A stretch of DNA of 64,000 nucleotides. Source: Torpedo marmorata (Eukaryota). Where the stretch lies: the NCBI GenBank assembly GCA_977017645.1, contig OZ360245.1:6944001-7008000 (forward strand), given 5' to 3'. The notes below the pieces were generated by a model. That model saw only the letters and a program-made list of their open reading frames with translations. It had not been told where the DNA came from and did not search any database. Position 1 is the first letter of the stretch. Each line of letters begins with the position of its first letter. Positions 12,100 through 25,299 of this stretch are shown one piece after another. Position numbers and translations under genes: made by a program.

Positions 12100-12345
12100 A
12101 ATGCCAATGGTTTGAATAGGAGTCTGTGCGGTTGCAGAGGCTGCGAGAGCGCTGGAGGCGAATCCACGGACACTCAGTGTCTCTGAAGGAACTCTCTTTT
12201 GCTTCTCTTTCTCTTATTGTTAGGGGTGCCGGACAATGCTCATGGTGACTCTTTGTTTGCCTTACAGCAGACACAAGTTGAAGTATATCATGTATATTAC
12301 ATTTTATGTATTATTATGTGACAATAAAAGGAACCTTGAACCTTA
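12100..12345 (+). mobile_element. 3' fragment of the GC-rich non-autonomous family
   Basis: GCTGGAGGCGAATCCACGGACACTCAG..CTCTTTTGCTTCTCT..TGACAATAAAAGGAACCTTGAACCTT; preceded by a Rex-Babar tail at ~12045-12100. Confidence 0.8.
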
Positions 12346-15066
12346 ATAACTGCAGTGGAAAGTGGATACCTGAGGTCACACCTTGCACAAAGCATTTATA
12401 TTCATAGAATGGTTACAATGCAGAGGCCATTCAGCCCTTGTGCGATTGTTAGCTTTTTTTAAAATAATGTTTTTTTTATCATTTTGAATATAAAGAATTT
12501 AACAATCAACAATCATACCAAATGTAAAACATCAAGAAAACCCTTCCCTCCACTCTATATAAGTCCTATTAAACAGAGAAAAAAAACAGAGAAAAAGACA
12601 CAAAAGATCATCACATTGTTAGTGCATACAATAAAATATATGGAGACATGATAATACCACATTGTTAAAATCTTTACAGAGGTCCACTGGCTAGCCAGTG
12701 TAGTGATAGAGTGCAACCACCAGGAGGAGTTGGAGATGAGTTGGTGTTGCATCTTGGGAAACCTGTTGCATCTGGGGTAGAATCAAGATGGATGCCTCCA
12801 CATGAGGTCTTGCCTGTGTGTGTTCTGTTCTTAGTGCTGTTTGCTTTAGTTAATAAATGTAATTGTTTAAAAATAACCCAAGTTTCTTTATTGTAATAGA
12901 AGAAACATCACAAGGTACCAGGAGTGGAAGAAACATCCAGGAGTGGAAGAAACAACCAGTAGTGTGCACAGGAGTGGAAGAAACCCCAGGAGTGTACATA
13001 GTGAGTAACAGTCGCTATCAGCAGAGAAAATATGGAGAGTTTAAAAGCTCCTGACGCTGTAAAATGGACTGGAAATGTCAACCACGAGTGGAGGTTGTTC
13101 AAAGATTCATGCCATTGGAATTGATAGCAAACCGGATACACGGAAGATTGCAATGCTATTTACCGTGGCGGGATCTAAAGCTGTAGAGGTTTTCAACACA
13201 TTTGTTTTTGCCGAGGCAGAAGACCAGAGCAAATTCGACAAGGTTATCGAGATGTTTGATAAACACTGTTCACCAAAGAAAAATGAAACCTTCGAGAGGT
13301 ACGTGTTTTGCTCACGCACGCAGCTGCAGGAGAGAGCTTTGATACTTTTGCAACAGACTTAAAATTAAAAGCAAGAACATGCAATTTCGGACCGCTGCAA
13401 GATTCAATGATCCGCAATCAAATTGTGTTCAGAATTAATGATAAGAAAGTGAGAGAGAGGTTGCTGCGAGAGACAAAGCTTACCTTAGCTGGAGCTGTGA
13501 AGATATGCCACGCCAGTGAATTAGCTCTGCAGCACGCAAAAAAGTTCGGTGATAGTGTAAAAGCCTTTGAAAATGAAGGCATAATCGTAGCCACAGTGTC
13601 TAGACACACACACAAACAATATATGAGATATAGGAAACAACAAAAAGATGGAGAGACATTCAATTGTAAACGATGTGGCACTAAACATGCGCCAAAGCAA
13701 TGCCCAGCCTATGGAAAAGTTTGTAATAAGTGTAAAGGGCAGAATCACTATGCAAAGCAATGTTTTTCCAAAGGGAAACAAGACAGAAGTAAAAGTGTAC
13801 ACACTATAGAAGAAACAGCTCTCAGTGATACACTTTTCGTGGGCATAGTAATGCAGGAAGTGAACAGTGTTGAGCAGGATAAGTGGACAGTGTCATTGCA
13901 TACAAATGGAGCAAATATTCCTTTTAAGCTGGACACAGGGGCAAAGGTCAATTTGATCTGTGAGCGTGACATCAGGACAATGAAGATCAAGCCATACAAC
14001 AATGCAAATCCTGTGCTGCTCAAAGCCTACAATGGACAGAGCATCGACACGAAAGGTACATACATGTAAACTCAAGGTGAAAGTTAAAGATAAAGAGCAC
14101 CACCTCAGGTTCACAGTAGTCCCAGTTGGACATTATTCACTGCTTGGTGACAAAGCATGTGAAAACTTAAGCCAAGTCAAGAAGGTGTACCACACTAACA
14201 GTGACAATGCACAGAACAGCGTAGAGGAAATACGGGATCAATTTCCAGACATCCTCAAGGGGTTTGGAGTTCTACCATTCACCTAAAAGATACAGTTAAA
14301 TGAGGACGCACAGCATGCCCTGAGGCGGGTTCCAGCGCCACTAAAAGAAAAGCTCAAGCAGGAACTCGACTGAATGATGGCACTAGGGGTCAAAAAGAAA
14401 GTGGAGGAGCCCACAGAATGGATGAATTCAATGGTGTGTGTCAAAAGGAAGAACGGTGACCTTTGCATGTGCATGGACCCAAAAGACTTGAATGCCAATA
14501 TAAAGAGGGAACATTATCAGATTCCAACCAGGGATGAAATTACAAGTGAGATGACCGGTGCAAAGTTTTTCACTAAATTGGATGCTTCCCAGGGCTTCTG
14601 GCAAATAAATGCATGAAGATAGCACAAAATACTGTACATTTAATACACCGTTTGGCCGATACTCCTGTCTGAGGATGCCTTTTGGAATTTCCTCAGCTCT
14701 GGAAGTGTTCCACAGGACAATGGAGCACATCATAGAAGGCATAAATGAGGTACGTGTGTACATGGATGACATGATCCTATGGGGATCCACACAAGAACAA
14801 CACAACGAAAGGCTCATCAAAGTGCTACAATGCAACCAGAAGTATGGATTAAAGTTAAACAGAGAAAAATGTCAGTTTGGTGTGAAGGAAATCACCTTTC
14901 TGGAAGATAAACTGTCAGAGGCAGGTGTGGAGCCAGACAAGAGCGAGGTGAAAGCAATTTTAGAGATGCCCAGACCCACTGACAAAAAAGGCATATTGAG
15001 AGTGCTGGGAATGATCAATTTCATTGGTAAATTCATACCAAACCTGTCTTCCAAAACAATGTACCT

Positions 15067-15322
15067 CTTTGCTGCTGTCCCCTCCCTCCTTTCTCCACCT
15101 ATCATCTCCTGCCTTTGCCACCCCCCTTCTCCCCTCACTCTTTTGTTCGGACGCCTACCGGCATTTTCTCATACTTTGATGAAGGGTTCAAGCCTGAAAC
15201 GTCGGTTATGTATTTCTACCTTTGCTACATAAAAGACATTGTTTGACCTGCTGAGTTCTCCAGCATTTGTGTTTTTTACTTCAACCACGGTGTCTACAGA
15301 TTTTCGTGTTTTACTTTTTTTT
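15067..15322 (+). mobile_element. Solo Penelope pLTR with hammerhead, inserted in element 2 pol
   Basis: TSD AATGTACCT at 15058-15066 and 15323-15331; closely similar to 59645-59853. Confidence 0.88.
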
Positions 15323-16508
15323 AATGTACCTAAGGAAGTTGTTACAGGACAAATGTGAATTCAAATGGACAGACAACCACGAGGAAGAATGGGGACGACT
15401 AAAGACCATTCTAACTACAGAACCAGTACTTTTGATGTTCTTTGATGCATCCAGAAGGACGAAAATATCAACGGACGCTTCAAAAGATGGAATAGGTGCC
15501 GTACTACTTCAGACTGTGGGAGAAGATTGGAGGCCAGTAGCATACGCATCAACGACGATGACAACATCTGAATGTCGATATGCACAGATCGAGAAAGAGT
15601 GTCTAGGTCTGGTCTATACTCGAGAAATTTCACAGTCATGTGTATGGTCTACCAACATTCGTGGCAGAGACAGACCACAAACCATTAATAGTGATAATCA
15701 AGAAAAATCTCAGTGAAATGTCACCGAGAATCCAAAGACTGATGATGAAGCCACAACATTATGATTTTGAATTGGTGTACACACCAGGGAAACTTATTGT
15801 GTTAGCTGATGCGTTATCCAGGGCAACGATGCAGAGTGAAGCACACAATGAGAGTTCCACAGAGACAGATGTGAATCTTCACGTGAATCTGATCACTGAA
15901 TCTCTTCCCGTATCTGACATGAAATCCAAGCAGATCGCAGCTGAAACAGAAAAGGACACAGTTCTACAGAAGGTCATCAAGAATCTGAATGATGGCCTAA
16001 AGGTGAATGTCAGCCATACTACAACATCAGAGCTGAGCTGAGTGTTGTCAATGGGCTTCTACTCAGACAGAGCAGAATTGTCATTCCTCAATCACTGTGA
16101 CAAGAGATGCTGAAAAGGGTGCATGAGGGGCACTTTGGAATGGAAAAATGCAAGAGGAGGGCCAGAACTGCTGTTTATTGGCCAGGGATAAACGCTGACA
16201 TTGACAGAATGGTTTCCAGCTGTGAGACCTGTTTGAAACATCATGCAAAGCAGGCAAAGGAACCCATGATAATAACTGATTTACCAGCAGAACCATGGCA
16301 GAAAGTTGGGACTGATCTGTTCTACATGTATGGAAATAATTACTTGCTGGTAATTGATTATCTATCGAACTATCCGGAGACATGCTTCCTAGCATGTCTG
16401 CTGCTTGTGTGATCAAATATATGAAATCGATCTTTGCAAGACATGGAATTCCTCAAATTGTCTACAGTGACAATGGACCATGCTACAGCTGTAGAGAATT
16501 CCAGAACT

Positions 16509-17352
16509 ACGTTCAAGAATGGTGGCGCTGCCGGAGCCGCTGTAGTGGCAGCGCTGCCGCTGGTGCGGACCCGCGGGGAGCGTGGGAGCAGAGCTACAGT
16601 GCTCCTGCGGGGTCCAGCCGCCCAGTCAACTGCTGTCGGTTCCGCACGGGCTTTGAACGGCTCGTTAAGTTATTTAAAATCCCACGACCATGGGGTCTGC
16701 GCCCAAGATGGCAGCGCCTTTTAACCGGCAGCAGCCACGAGGGGCTGCAGATTCCGGGGAAGCGGAGGACTGGAGCAGGGTACCAGAAGACGGGAAGATC
16801 ACCCCCAGTCTGAGAAGGAGAAGTGGAGGAGACGACCCACGGGACGGTGACGACGGCGGCGGACCGGTGAGGGGCCCTGAGGCTGAAGGACCAGTGCATG
16901 CGGCGGGCTGCTGGCGACTCAAGGCGAGGAACCCGCGGAGGCTGTGGGCTGCTGGAGACTGCTGTCGGGGGACTCACGCCGGGCTGCGGACTGCTGGAGG
17001 ATGGCTCGAACTGGCTGGAGGAGTACCAGGTATCAGAACCGGGATGCGAGGGGGTGCCAAGGGCGACCTGACCGTGTTGGAGGTTCGGATCTGGAGCTCG
17101 GGTTGCCAATGGTTTGGACTGGACTCTGTGTGGCTGCGGAGGCTGCGGAAGCGCTGGAGGCGAATCTATGGACACTCGGTGACTCTGGGGGGACTCTCTT
17201 TTGCTTCTCTTTCGCTGACTGTAAGGAATGTTAGAGGCGCTTAGGCAATTTCTGCCGGTGGCAAATCTGTCTGCCTTGCAGCAGGCAAAAAGAAATTTCA
17301 TGGAATATGACACTGTCTTATTACTATGACAATAAATTGAATCTTGAATCTT
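16509..17352 (+). mobile_element. Apparently full-length ~845-bp GC-rich non-autonomous retroposon inserted in element 2 integrase
   Basis: Interrupts FQN|FAEEYDF; short duplication GAACT; tail TGACAATAAATTGAATCTTGAATCTTGAA; very similar copy at 52672-53521. Confidence 0.9.
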
Positions 17353-19544
17353 GAACTTTGCAGAAGAGTATGATTTTCGACATGTGACTTCAAGTCCTCT
17401 GCATCCACAGTCAAACGGTAAAGCAGAGAAAGGAGTTCACATAGTTAAACAGTTGCTCAAGAAAGCACTAGACAGTGGCTCAGACCCGTATCTAGCTCTG
17501 TTGAGTTACAGAGCTTCACCACTTGAACATGGCATGTCACCCGCTGAGCTTCTGATTGGACGTAAACTACGCACCACACTTCCCTACTCTGCAGACCCAA
17601 ACATGAACAGAGATGTCAAAGATGTCGAACAGAAACAAAAGCGTCTGCAAGGGAGACAAAAAGCAAACTATGACAAGTCAGCGAGAAGCTAAGGGCCACT
17701 GGCATAACATGACACAGTGAGACTCAGAGATTCCAACACTTGGAACAAAAAGGCTACTGTTCTGGAGGAAGTAAATCCAAGATCCTACACTGTCAGAACA
17801 GAGGATGATCAAATACTGAGGAGGAATCGAAAGAGCCTGCTGAAAAAGCAAGAGATACTGCAGGAACAGACAGATGCAGAAGATTCAGCCTGCACAGCAA
17901 CAGAGGAAACACCATCAGTGCTAGACAGTAGTGGACCAGCAGAGCCGACACAAGCACCTGTGTTAAGAAGATCCACACGTGTTATCAAAGCACCTGACAG
18001 ACTGAATCTTTAAAAGAAAAAGAACTGCACACTTAAAAAGTTTGTGTTGCTGATGTTTGTGTTGAACTTTAAATTGAAATGAATACTGTATTAGTGTGTC
18101 ATGTTAGATTAAACATCTCAAGGAAAGGGGATGTAGTGATAGAGTGCTACCACCAGGAGGAGTCAGAGATGAGTTGGTGTTGCATCTTGGGAAACCTGTT
18201 GCATCTGGGGTAGAATCAAGATGGATGCCTCCACATGAGGTCTTGTCTGTGTGTGTTCTGTTCTTAGTGCTGTTTGCTTTAGTTAATAAATGTAATTGTT
18301 TAAAAATAACCCAAGTTTCTTTAATATAATAGAAGAAACATCACAGCCAGTAGTAATCGTAGTTCTATATTGGCGCCAGTGAGGTACCTATATGCTCTAA
18401 ATAAGGCTGCCAGATTTTTAGAAAGGTGTTATACTCCTTCCTGAGATTATATGTAACCTTTTCAAGTGGGATACAGCTATTCATCTCTGAAGACCACCTA
18501 TCCATGAGTAGATGGGAGTCAGACTTCCATGTTACTGCTATGCATTTCCTGGCCACACATAAGGCAATTTCTGTGAATTTAATTTGAGAATTGGTTAGTA
18601 ATCTACCAACCGCGGTAAAGTTCCCCAGAAGACAAAGCTCTGGGTCTACTGGGAAGGTGACTCCCGAGATCTTAGTTAGGGTGTCACAGAGGTCATACCA
18701 GAAGGGCCTCACCTTCATGCAAAGCCAGATAGAATGTAAAAAGGAACCAAACGCTATACCACACCTAAAACACATCTCTGATAATTCAGGTTTATATTGG
18801 TGTAATTTCTGTGGGGTGAGGTACAGTTGATGGAGAAAATTATAATGGACCAATCTATATCTGGCATTGTTAGTAGCCAACAAACTTCCCTGACACAGAT
18901 CTGACCAGAGTTGTTCGTCAATTGTTGTGTCTAGATCTGACTCCCATCTCACCCTAGATTTATGCAAACTTGGCTTTGGGCTCTCACTCATCAATAAAAA
19001 GTTCATTCTAGAAATAAACATATACATTTCCTTCATGGAGTAGTTTCTCCTTTTCAGAGAGTCTCGGTAGAGTCATTTCATGGCCCAAATTGGCTCTAAG
19101 GAAGGATCGCAACTGAAGGTAACAAAAAAAAGGTCTTAGTGGATAAATCATATTTCTTCTTCAGCTGTTCAAATGACATGAAAAGTCCTTTTTCATAACA
19201 ATCCTCCAGACATTGTATCCCCTTATGATACCAGGTTTCCAAATTTTATTGTTCAAAGTCATGGGTATAAGTTCATTTTGTCTTAAAGGTGTCTTCGATG
19301 ACAATCCTCTTTTCAGTCCAGAACCTCCACAGGTCTCACACCATATTTTAACCAAGTGTTTTAAAATGGGGTTGTCTGTCCTGCTGGCTATAATTCTGGA
19401 ATTCCATTTATACATGAAATCATTATACACCTTCTCTTTTAGGGAGTGCAATCCAATTTGTAGATTGTTAGCTTTTTATCAAAACAACTAGTAAGTTCCA
19501 CCCATTAGCCTTTTCTCCATGGACTTGCAACATTTTCATATATT

Positions 19545-20210
19545 TAGAACCATAAAACATTACAGCACATAAAACAGGCCCTTTGGCCCCTCTAGTCTGC
19601 ACCAAACTATTATTCTGCCTAGTCCCACTGACCTGCACTCTGACCATATCCCTCCATACCCCTCCCATCCATGTACCTGTCAAAATCTTTCTTAAATGTT
19701 AAAATTGAGCCCGCATTCACCACTTCAGCTGGCAGCTCATTTCATACTTCTACCACTCTCTGTGTGAAGAAATTCCCCCTAATGTTCCCCCGAAACTTCT
19801 TCCTTTTCCATTTTCACCCTTAACCCATGTCCACTGGTTTGTATCTCACCTAACCTCAGTGGAAAAAAACCTACTTGCATTTACTCTATTATACCCCTCA
19901 TAACTTTGTATACCTATAGCCTGAATAAGACTGGGATTGTCTGATCTCAGAAGCTAAGCAGGCACAGGACTGGTCAGTACTTGGAGGGGAGACCGCCTAG
20001 GAACACCAGGTGCTGTAGGTTTCTGTGAGGGTAGTTGGACAAAGTAGCGACTCTGTCTGCCTTACGGTAGACAAAAATTAAAGAATTTCATGTATGTTAC
20101 ATTCTAAATGTAGTATTACGTGACAATAATGGAACCTTTACCTTTATCAAATCTCCCCTCATTCTACCTTTCCCTGTAACTTAGTTCCTCAAGTCCCAGC
20201 AACATCCTAT
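19545..20210 (-). mobile_element. CR1-like 3' fragment interrupted by a 5S-derived SINE
   Basis: CR1-type tail and FFTQRVV-type coding remnant; resumes at ~20146. Confidence 0.75.
19916..20145 (+). mobile_element. 5S rRNA-derived SINE (SINE3) with Rex-Babar-like tail
   Basis: GTCTGATCTCAGAAGCTAAGCAGG..TGGTCAGTACTTGGAGGGGAGACCGCCTAGGAACACCAGGTGCTGTAGG matches vertebrate 5S rRNA (box A, IE, box C); tail ..TGACAATAATGGAACCTTTACCTTTA. Confidence 0.9.
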
Positions 20211-22429
20211 TTATTCTACCTTGCAAAACTATAAAGGCAACTAGATGGAGATAGAGTACAGATCAACAGTGAGTGGCAGAGTACATTCAAGGAATTGAAT
20301 GGCACATCCTAAAATCATAGTGGAGATGAATCAAAGCTCATTATCCAATGGGTTAAAATCAAAAAAGGTGAATGCAACAAGTGGTGTAATTGACTGAGGC
20401 ACAGTTCTCAGTACAGATGGCAAGCTATGGGAGGAGGAGTTTAGAATTAATGAGTAAAGGCAAGAATGACATTGGAGGGAGCTCTTAACTGGGATTAGTA
20501 ATCAAAATTTTATGATATTTCCACCTTAATGTTCAGTAAAACTGAGGGCAAGTTTAGTAGCTCTAATAAATACAATACATAAATGTCCATTATGTTAGAT
20601 GTGTCTCAATGAAAAAGAATGTGTGTTGGACACAAACCAACCCGATACTCTCCATACACTAAATTGAGACAGAAAAGGGTTATGTATGGAAAGTCCATTT
20701 TTGCACAATTCAACAGAATTTATTTGATGCCATTTCTTTTATAAGCTGAGATTTGTGAATTTGGGGACAATAAAGTATGATTAATGTAGCATCAAATACC
20801 CATTCAAATTAAATTAATGAATAATTTAGTTTGAATGGGTAGTTGATGGTCGGCATAAACTCAGCAGGTTGAAGGGCTTGTTTGCATGCTGTATTAATCA
20901 CTAGGTCTATTACTTCTGGAATTGATGATGATAATGAGAGTTTATTGTCATATACTTAAGATCAATACACAGATGCACTGAGATTCTTACTTGCTGCGCT
21001 GTGGAGGATAGTTTTAGTGGCTGTCTGTTTAACTGATGAAGGGGAATAAAACAGCATGGCAGCAAAATGGAAAACAACTCAAGTATCATACCGTGTTTTG
21101 GATCAAAATAACAGTGATAATCTTTGGAAGCCACAAAATGGATATTTACAGGAGACATATATGCAGTTTTATGAAAAGTCAGTGGACTTATAGATGTTGG
21201 ATCACTTATATCACCCCTGGAGACCCGTAATAGATTACACATTGATTACAGGAACATAAATTATCCAACCGCATGTGGTTGGTGGAGTCGAATATCATTG
21301 AGAGCAGAGAGTTGATATCTTTAAACACATAAGAACTGCCTGATAATACCACTTCTTCAGGAGTGCAATTAACCTAAAATATGATGTCGTTTTCTCACAG
21401 ATTACCCAAATTTCAAGTTTAGAAGGGTTTTTGTGTGAGGCTGACGATTAAATGTTTCTTAAAAGGTCCTCTTAAGCAGCCAATGAAACAAAATCCGAAA
21501 TATGAACAAGAGACATAGACATATGCAAAGCAGATATCCATTAACTTGTTTCTTCAGATCTTGTAATTTTTTTATTTGATGCACAGATCAACTCGGAACA
21601 TGTACAATTAGAGTAAAATATGTTAAATATTTTCATTCATTTGAAATTGAGAGCTCAAAAGATTTTTCTAATAGAAAACAGGTTTGAATGCTGTCTTGAC
21701 AGAGGATTTCTCAGTGTTGACAGATGTTGCACTGGACTGAGATGATTAGGAAGTTGGGGAAAAAAATGCATTTCAGGGCGCTGAAATGTCATGTCTGAGG
21801 GCCCCAGTCTTTGCAGAAGGCGGAAAAATGTTGGCGCCAATATAGCTGAACTTGACAAATTGTTATTTGAGACCTGCAGTGCAATGGGATGCTGGGTTAG
21901 AGTTGGAACAAACAGTGGCAGAAACTATGTTGTTATATGAAAGTCCTCCAGAAGAGAGAAAAAACAGAGCTCTGACCTAGGCCTGCCAGTACACCCGTTT
22001 GCAACCTCGAATGCACAGGTTGACAGCCCCAGAAGCTGGTTTCCAGTCCTTCCTCCCAACTATAGAAAAGATAGGGGTAGATACAGAGAGGGAAACTGGG
22101 ATGTAGAAAGTAGATTTATAAGGAAGAAATAACTTTTTTTAAATTCTAAATTATTAAAAACAAAATATTTAAGTTATAATATTTTGTAATTATGGAAACA
22201 AGAATAAGATCATTGTACAGCTTTAGTTCTTCAAACAAAGCCCTTCAATATGGATTTAATTATAATTAGGAAGTAATTGGTGCATGAGAAGCTACTCAGG
22301 GTAAAGGAATTTTCCCATTAATCACGTCAACATAATATTGTAGTAAAGGGACAGTTCAGTAGCAGAGCTCATTAATGCAAAAGTTAATGTTGTTACACAA
22401 CGGACTTCATGCACAGTATTTGGTTATAC

Positions 22430-22991
22430 AAACCATTAGAGACCACAAGATCATAAGACATCGGAGCAGAATAAGGCAGTTCAGCCCATTGAATCTGCTC
22501 CGCCATTCATATCATGGCAGATGTATTCTTCCTTTCAACCTTATTCTCCTGCCATCTCCCCATAACTTCTGACATCCTTACAAATCGAGAACCTATCGAC
22601 CTCTGCTTTAAATCTACCCAATGACTTGGCCTCCATAGCTGCCTGTGGCAACGAGTTCCACAGATTCACCACCCTCTGGCTGATGAAATTTATCTTTATC
22701 TCTATTCTAAAGGAATGTCCTTTTATTCTGAGGCTGTACCCTCTGGTCCTGGACTCTCCCATTACTGGAAACAGCTTCTCCACGTTCGCTCTATCCAGCC
22801 CTTTCAATATTCAATGAGATCCCCCCTCATTCTTCTAAGCTCAATCGTTTAGTTGCAGAATCATCAAACCTTCCTTGTACCTTAACCCTCTCATCCCCAG
22901 AATCATTCTTGTAAACCCTCTCCAACGCCAGCACATCTTTCCTTAGATATGGGGCCCAAAACTGTTCACAATACTCCAAATTTGGTCTGAC
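22430..22991 (-). mobile_element. CR1-like LINE 3' fragment
   Basis: RPNLEYCEQFWAPYLRKD and NFISQRVVNLWNSLPQ. Confidence 0.88.
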
Positions 22992-24785
22992 ATATAAAGC
23001 CTCAGGGATCTTGGGGTTCAAGTCCATACATCCCTCAAGGTCGCCGCACAGGTTGATAGGATAGTTAAGAAGGCCTATGGGATGCTGGGATTCATTAATA
23101 GGGGGATTGATTTCAGGAGTAGAGAGATCATGTTGCAACTCTACAAATCTCTGGTGAGACCACACTTGGAATATTGTGTTCAGTTCTGGTCACCTCATTA
23201 TAGGAAGGATGTGGAAGCTATGGAGAGGATGCAGAAGAGTTTTACCAGGATGTCGTCTGGATTGGAAAACAAGTTTTATGAGGCAAGGTTAGCAGAGCTG
23301 GGACTTTTCTCTTTGGAGCGTAAAGGATGAGAAGAGACTTAATAGAGGTCTACAAGATTCTGAGAGGCATAAATTTAATATATTGGACAATACACTTTTT
23401 GCTTATTACCAAATTAGAGCATTTTTGGTTGGGAAATTAGGTTATAATTTGATTTTACCAAGACAGAATAAATTAGAATTATTAGTTACTAAGGGAGATG
23501 TTAATAAATTTATTTCTCAAATGTACAGATTGTTTCAGAGAAAAATTCCTAAAGTAGGAATTCATAAATCAAGATTAAAGTGGGAATTAGACTTGAATGT
23601 AACAATAGATTAAAATCATCGGAAAGAATTATGTAAACTAAGTATGACGAAGATTATTGTTAGATATAGATTAATACAATATAATTTTTTTCATCAATTA
23701 TATTTAACACCTAAAAAATTAAAGAAATTCAATGCGACATTATCAGGTTTATGTTTTAGATGTAATAGAGAGGAAGGTTCTTTTGTACATTCTACATGGT
23801 TTTGTCCAAAAGTTTATGATTTTTGGTTGAAAGTTAAAAATTTTCTCGACAAAGTATTAAAAATCACATTCCCAATGGACCCTATGATATTTCTGTTTGG
23901 AGATATTAAAAAAGTTAGTATTAAGATGAAATTAAATATGTATCAAATAGAATTTCTGCGAATTGCTTTAGCTGTTTCAAAGAAATGTATTGCTATTACT
24001 TGGAAATCTGATGTAGATTTAGGGTTAGAAAGATGGCATGCAGAACTTCGTTCATGTATACCACTTGAAAAAAATCACTTACAATTTACGTAATAAATAT
24101 CATTTATTTTTAAAAATTTGGAGCCCATATATGAAAGTTGTTGGTTTAAGGATTTGAAGATCTCTGGACATCGGATCTACTGGCGAACCTAACCTCCATA
24201 ATAAAATTAGTTTATAGATGTTTTTTTTTAAGATTGACATTTTCCTTACTCTATCTTTTTCTTTCTTTTTATTTTTATTTTATTAGATTAGTAGGGATGG
24301 GAGGGTTAGGGAGGGGAGGGTGGGAGGAGGGGTGAAAATGTATCACAAGTATTTTGATAATTTTATGTTTTACCTTATGTATTTTGTGATTTAAAATTTT
24401 AAATAAAATATTTTTTTGTTTTAATTTAAAAAATGATTATGAGAGGCATAGATAGGGTGGACAGCCAGCGCCTGTTTCCCAGGGCAGGAATGGCAAACAC
24501 CAGAGGACATATGCACAAAGTTAAGGGAGGTAAGTTTAGGGGAGACATCAGGGGTAAGTTTTTTACACAGAGTTGTGGGTGCCTGGAATGCCTTGCCAGG
24601 GATGGTGGTGGAGGCTGAAACATTAGGGGCATTTAAGAGACTCTTAGACAGGCACATGGATGAAGGAAAAATAGAGGCTTACAGGGTAGGGTGGGTTTAG
24701 TACTTTTTTTTTAGGGATATATGGGTCGGCACAACATCGAGGGCCGAAGGGCCTGTACTGTGCTGTTGTGTTCTATGTTCTATTA
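22992..24785 (+). mobile_element. CR1-like LINE 3' fragment (22992-23371 plus 24435-24785), split by an L1
   Basis: LYKSLVRPHLEYCVQFWSP; tail GTTCTATGTTCTAT; ~16-bp TSD GATTMTGAGAGGCATA around the nested L1. Confidence 0.88.
23372..24434 (+). mobile_element. AT-rich L1-clade LINE, 5'-truncated
   Basis: LCFRCNREEGSFVHSTWFC; G-rich 3' UTR; AATAAA; TSD at 23356 and 24435. Confidence 0.9.
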
Positions 24786-24821
24786 CATCTTTGCTTTTAT
24801 ATTCAAAGATATTATACAAAC

Positions 24822-25022
24822 CACAAGTCCATAGAATGTCTTTGCCATTGCTTCTTCAAAGAACTGTTCTTCGCGTTTGTATTCTGGGTGATTTCTTCCA
24901 GCTTTCTGGATTCTCTGTTCCAGTCTCTGCAGGACAAATTGGGCCATGTCTTTTCCCTTCTTGTTTGACTGAACTTTTAGAAATTTATTCATTTTATCTA
25001 CTGTGAGAAGGTCATTAATAAC
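24822..25022 (-). CDS. Host gene internal exon (VINDLLTVDKMNKFLK...EEAMAKTFYGLV)
   Basis: Acceptor TTCTTTTGCTTTTTGTCCTATCTGTATCAG; 201 nt open, phase 0-0; donor GTG|GTTTGT; non-repetitive sequence. Confidence 0.75.
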
Positions 25023-25299
25023 CTGATACAGATAGGACAAAAAGCAAAAGAATCAGGCAGTAGATATACTGTGACATTTCATTTTCAGTTGCCAACATTA
25101 ATATTGATCTACGATCATCAATGCAGTCTCAATTTCTTTAAAATATGCCCTGCTAAGGGGCTGAGCTACTCATAAGATAAAACTCCTTCAGCTTCCTGCA
25201 GCTCATAACTTATTATACTCTCCTAAATCTCCAGTCTTCACTCATTTCCATTGGCTCCACTGTCCTTAACAAAATTGAGTATCATTGACCCATAGAAAC

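Larger units (their letters stand above)
13032..18013 (+). pseudogene. Fragmented gag-pol of element 2
   Basis: CKRC and CNKC knuckles, KLDTGA, YMDD, STDASKDG, HEGHFG..CETC, SDNG, SNGKAE, RRSTRVIKAPDRLNL; many frameshifts and stops; two nested insertions. Confidence 0.92.
12699..18345 (+). mobile_element. Full-length Gypsy (Mag-like) LTR retrotransposon 2
   Basis: 214-bp LTRs at 12699-12912 and 18132-18345 (about 6 mismatches); TSD GCCAG at 12694-12698 and 18346-18350; PBS-like AGGTACCAGGAGTGG resembling the tRNA-Leu(TAA) complement; PPT AAGGAAAGGGGA. Confidence 0.96.
12454..19465 (-). mobile_element. L1-clade LINE 3' part (UTR 12454-12698; ORF2 end 18346-19465), interrupted by Gypsy element 2
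   Basis: ORF 18365-19036 with MCFRCG..SFLHSIWLC cysteine-rich motif; T-rich tail at ~12454-12480. Confidence 0.85.

Noticed and set aside
16594-17313. 184-aa and 239-aa ORFs in the GC-rich element
   Set aside because: Not preserved in the sister copy at 52672-53521; expected by chance in GC-rich DNA
19920-20022. Functional 5S rRNA gene
   Set aside because: 5' end missing or diverged, several substitutions, fused to a retroposon tail
21092-21373. Exon-like minus-strand stretch (VNCTPEEVVL.../...HCYFDPKH) with AG/GT ends
   Set aside because: Needs a 1-nt frameshift near 21215 or an implausibly short intron; the gene model closes without it
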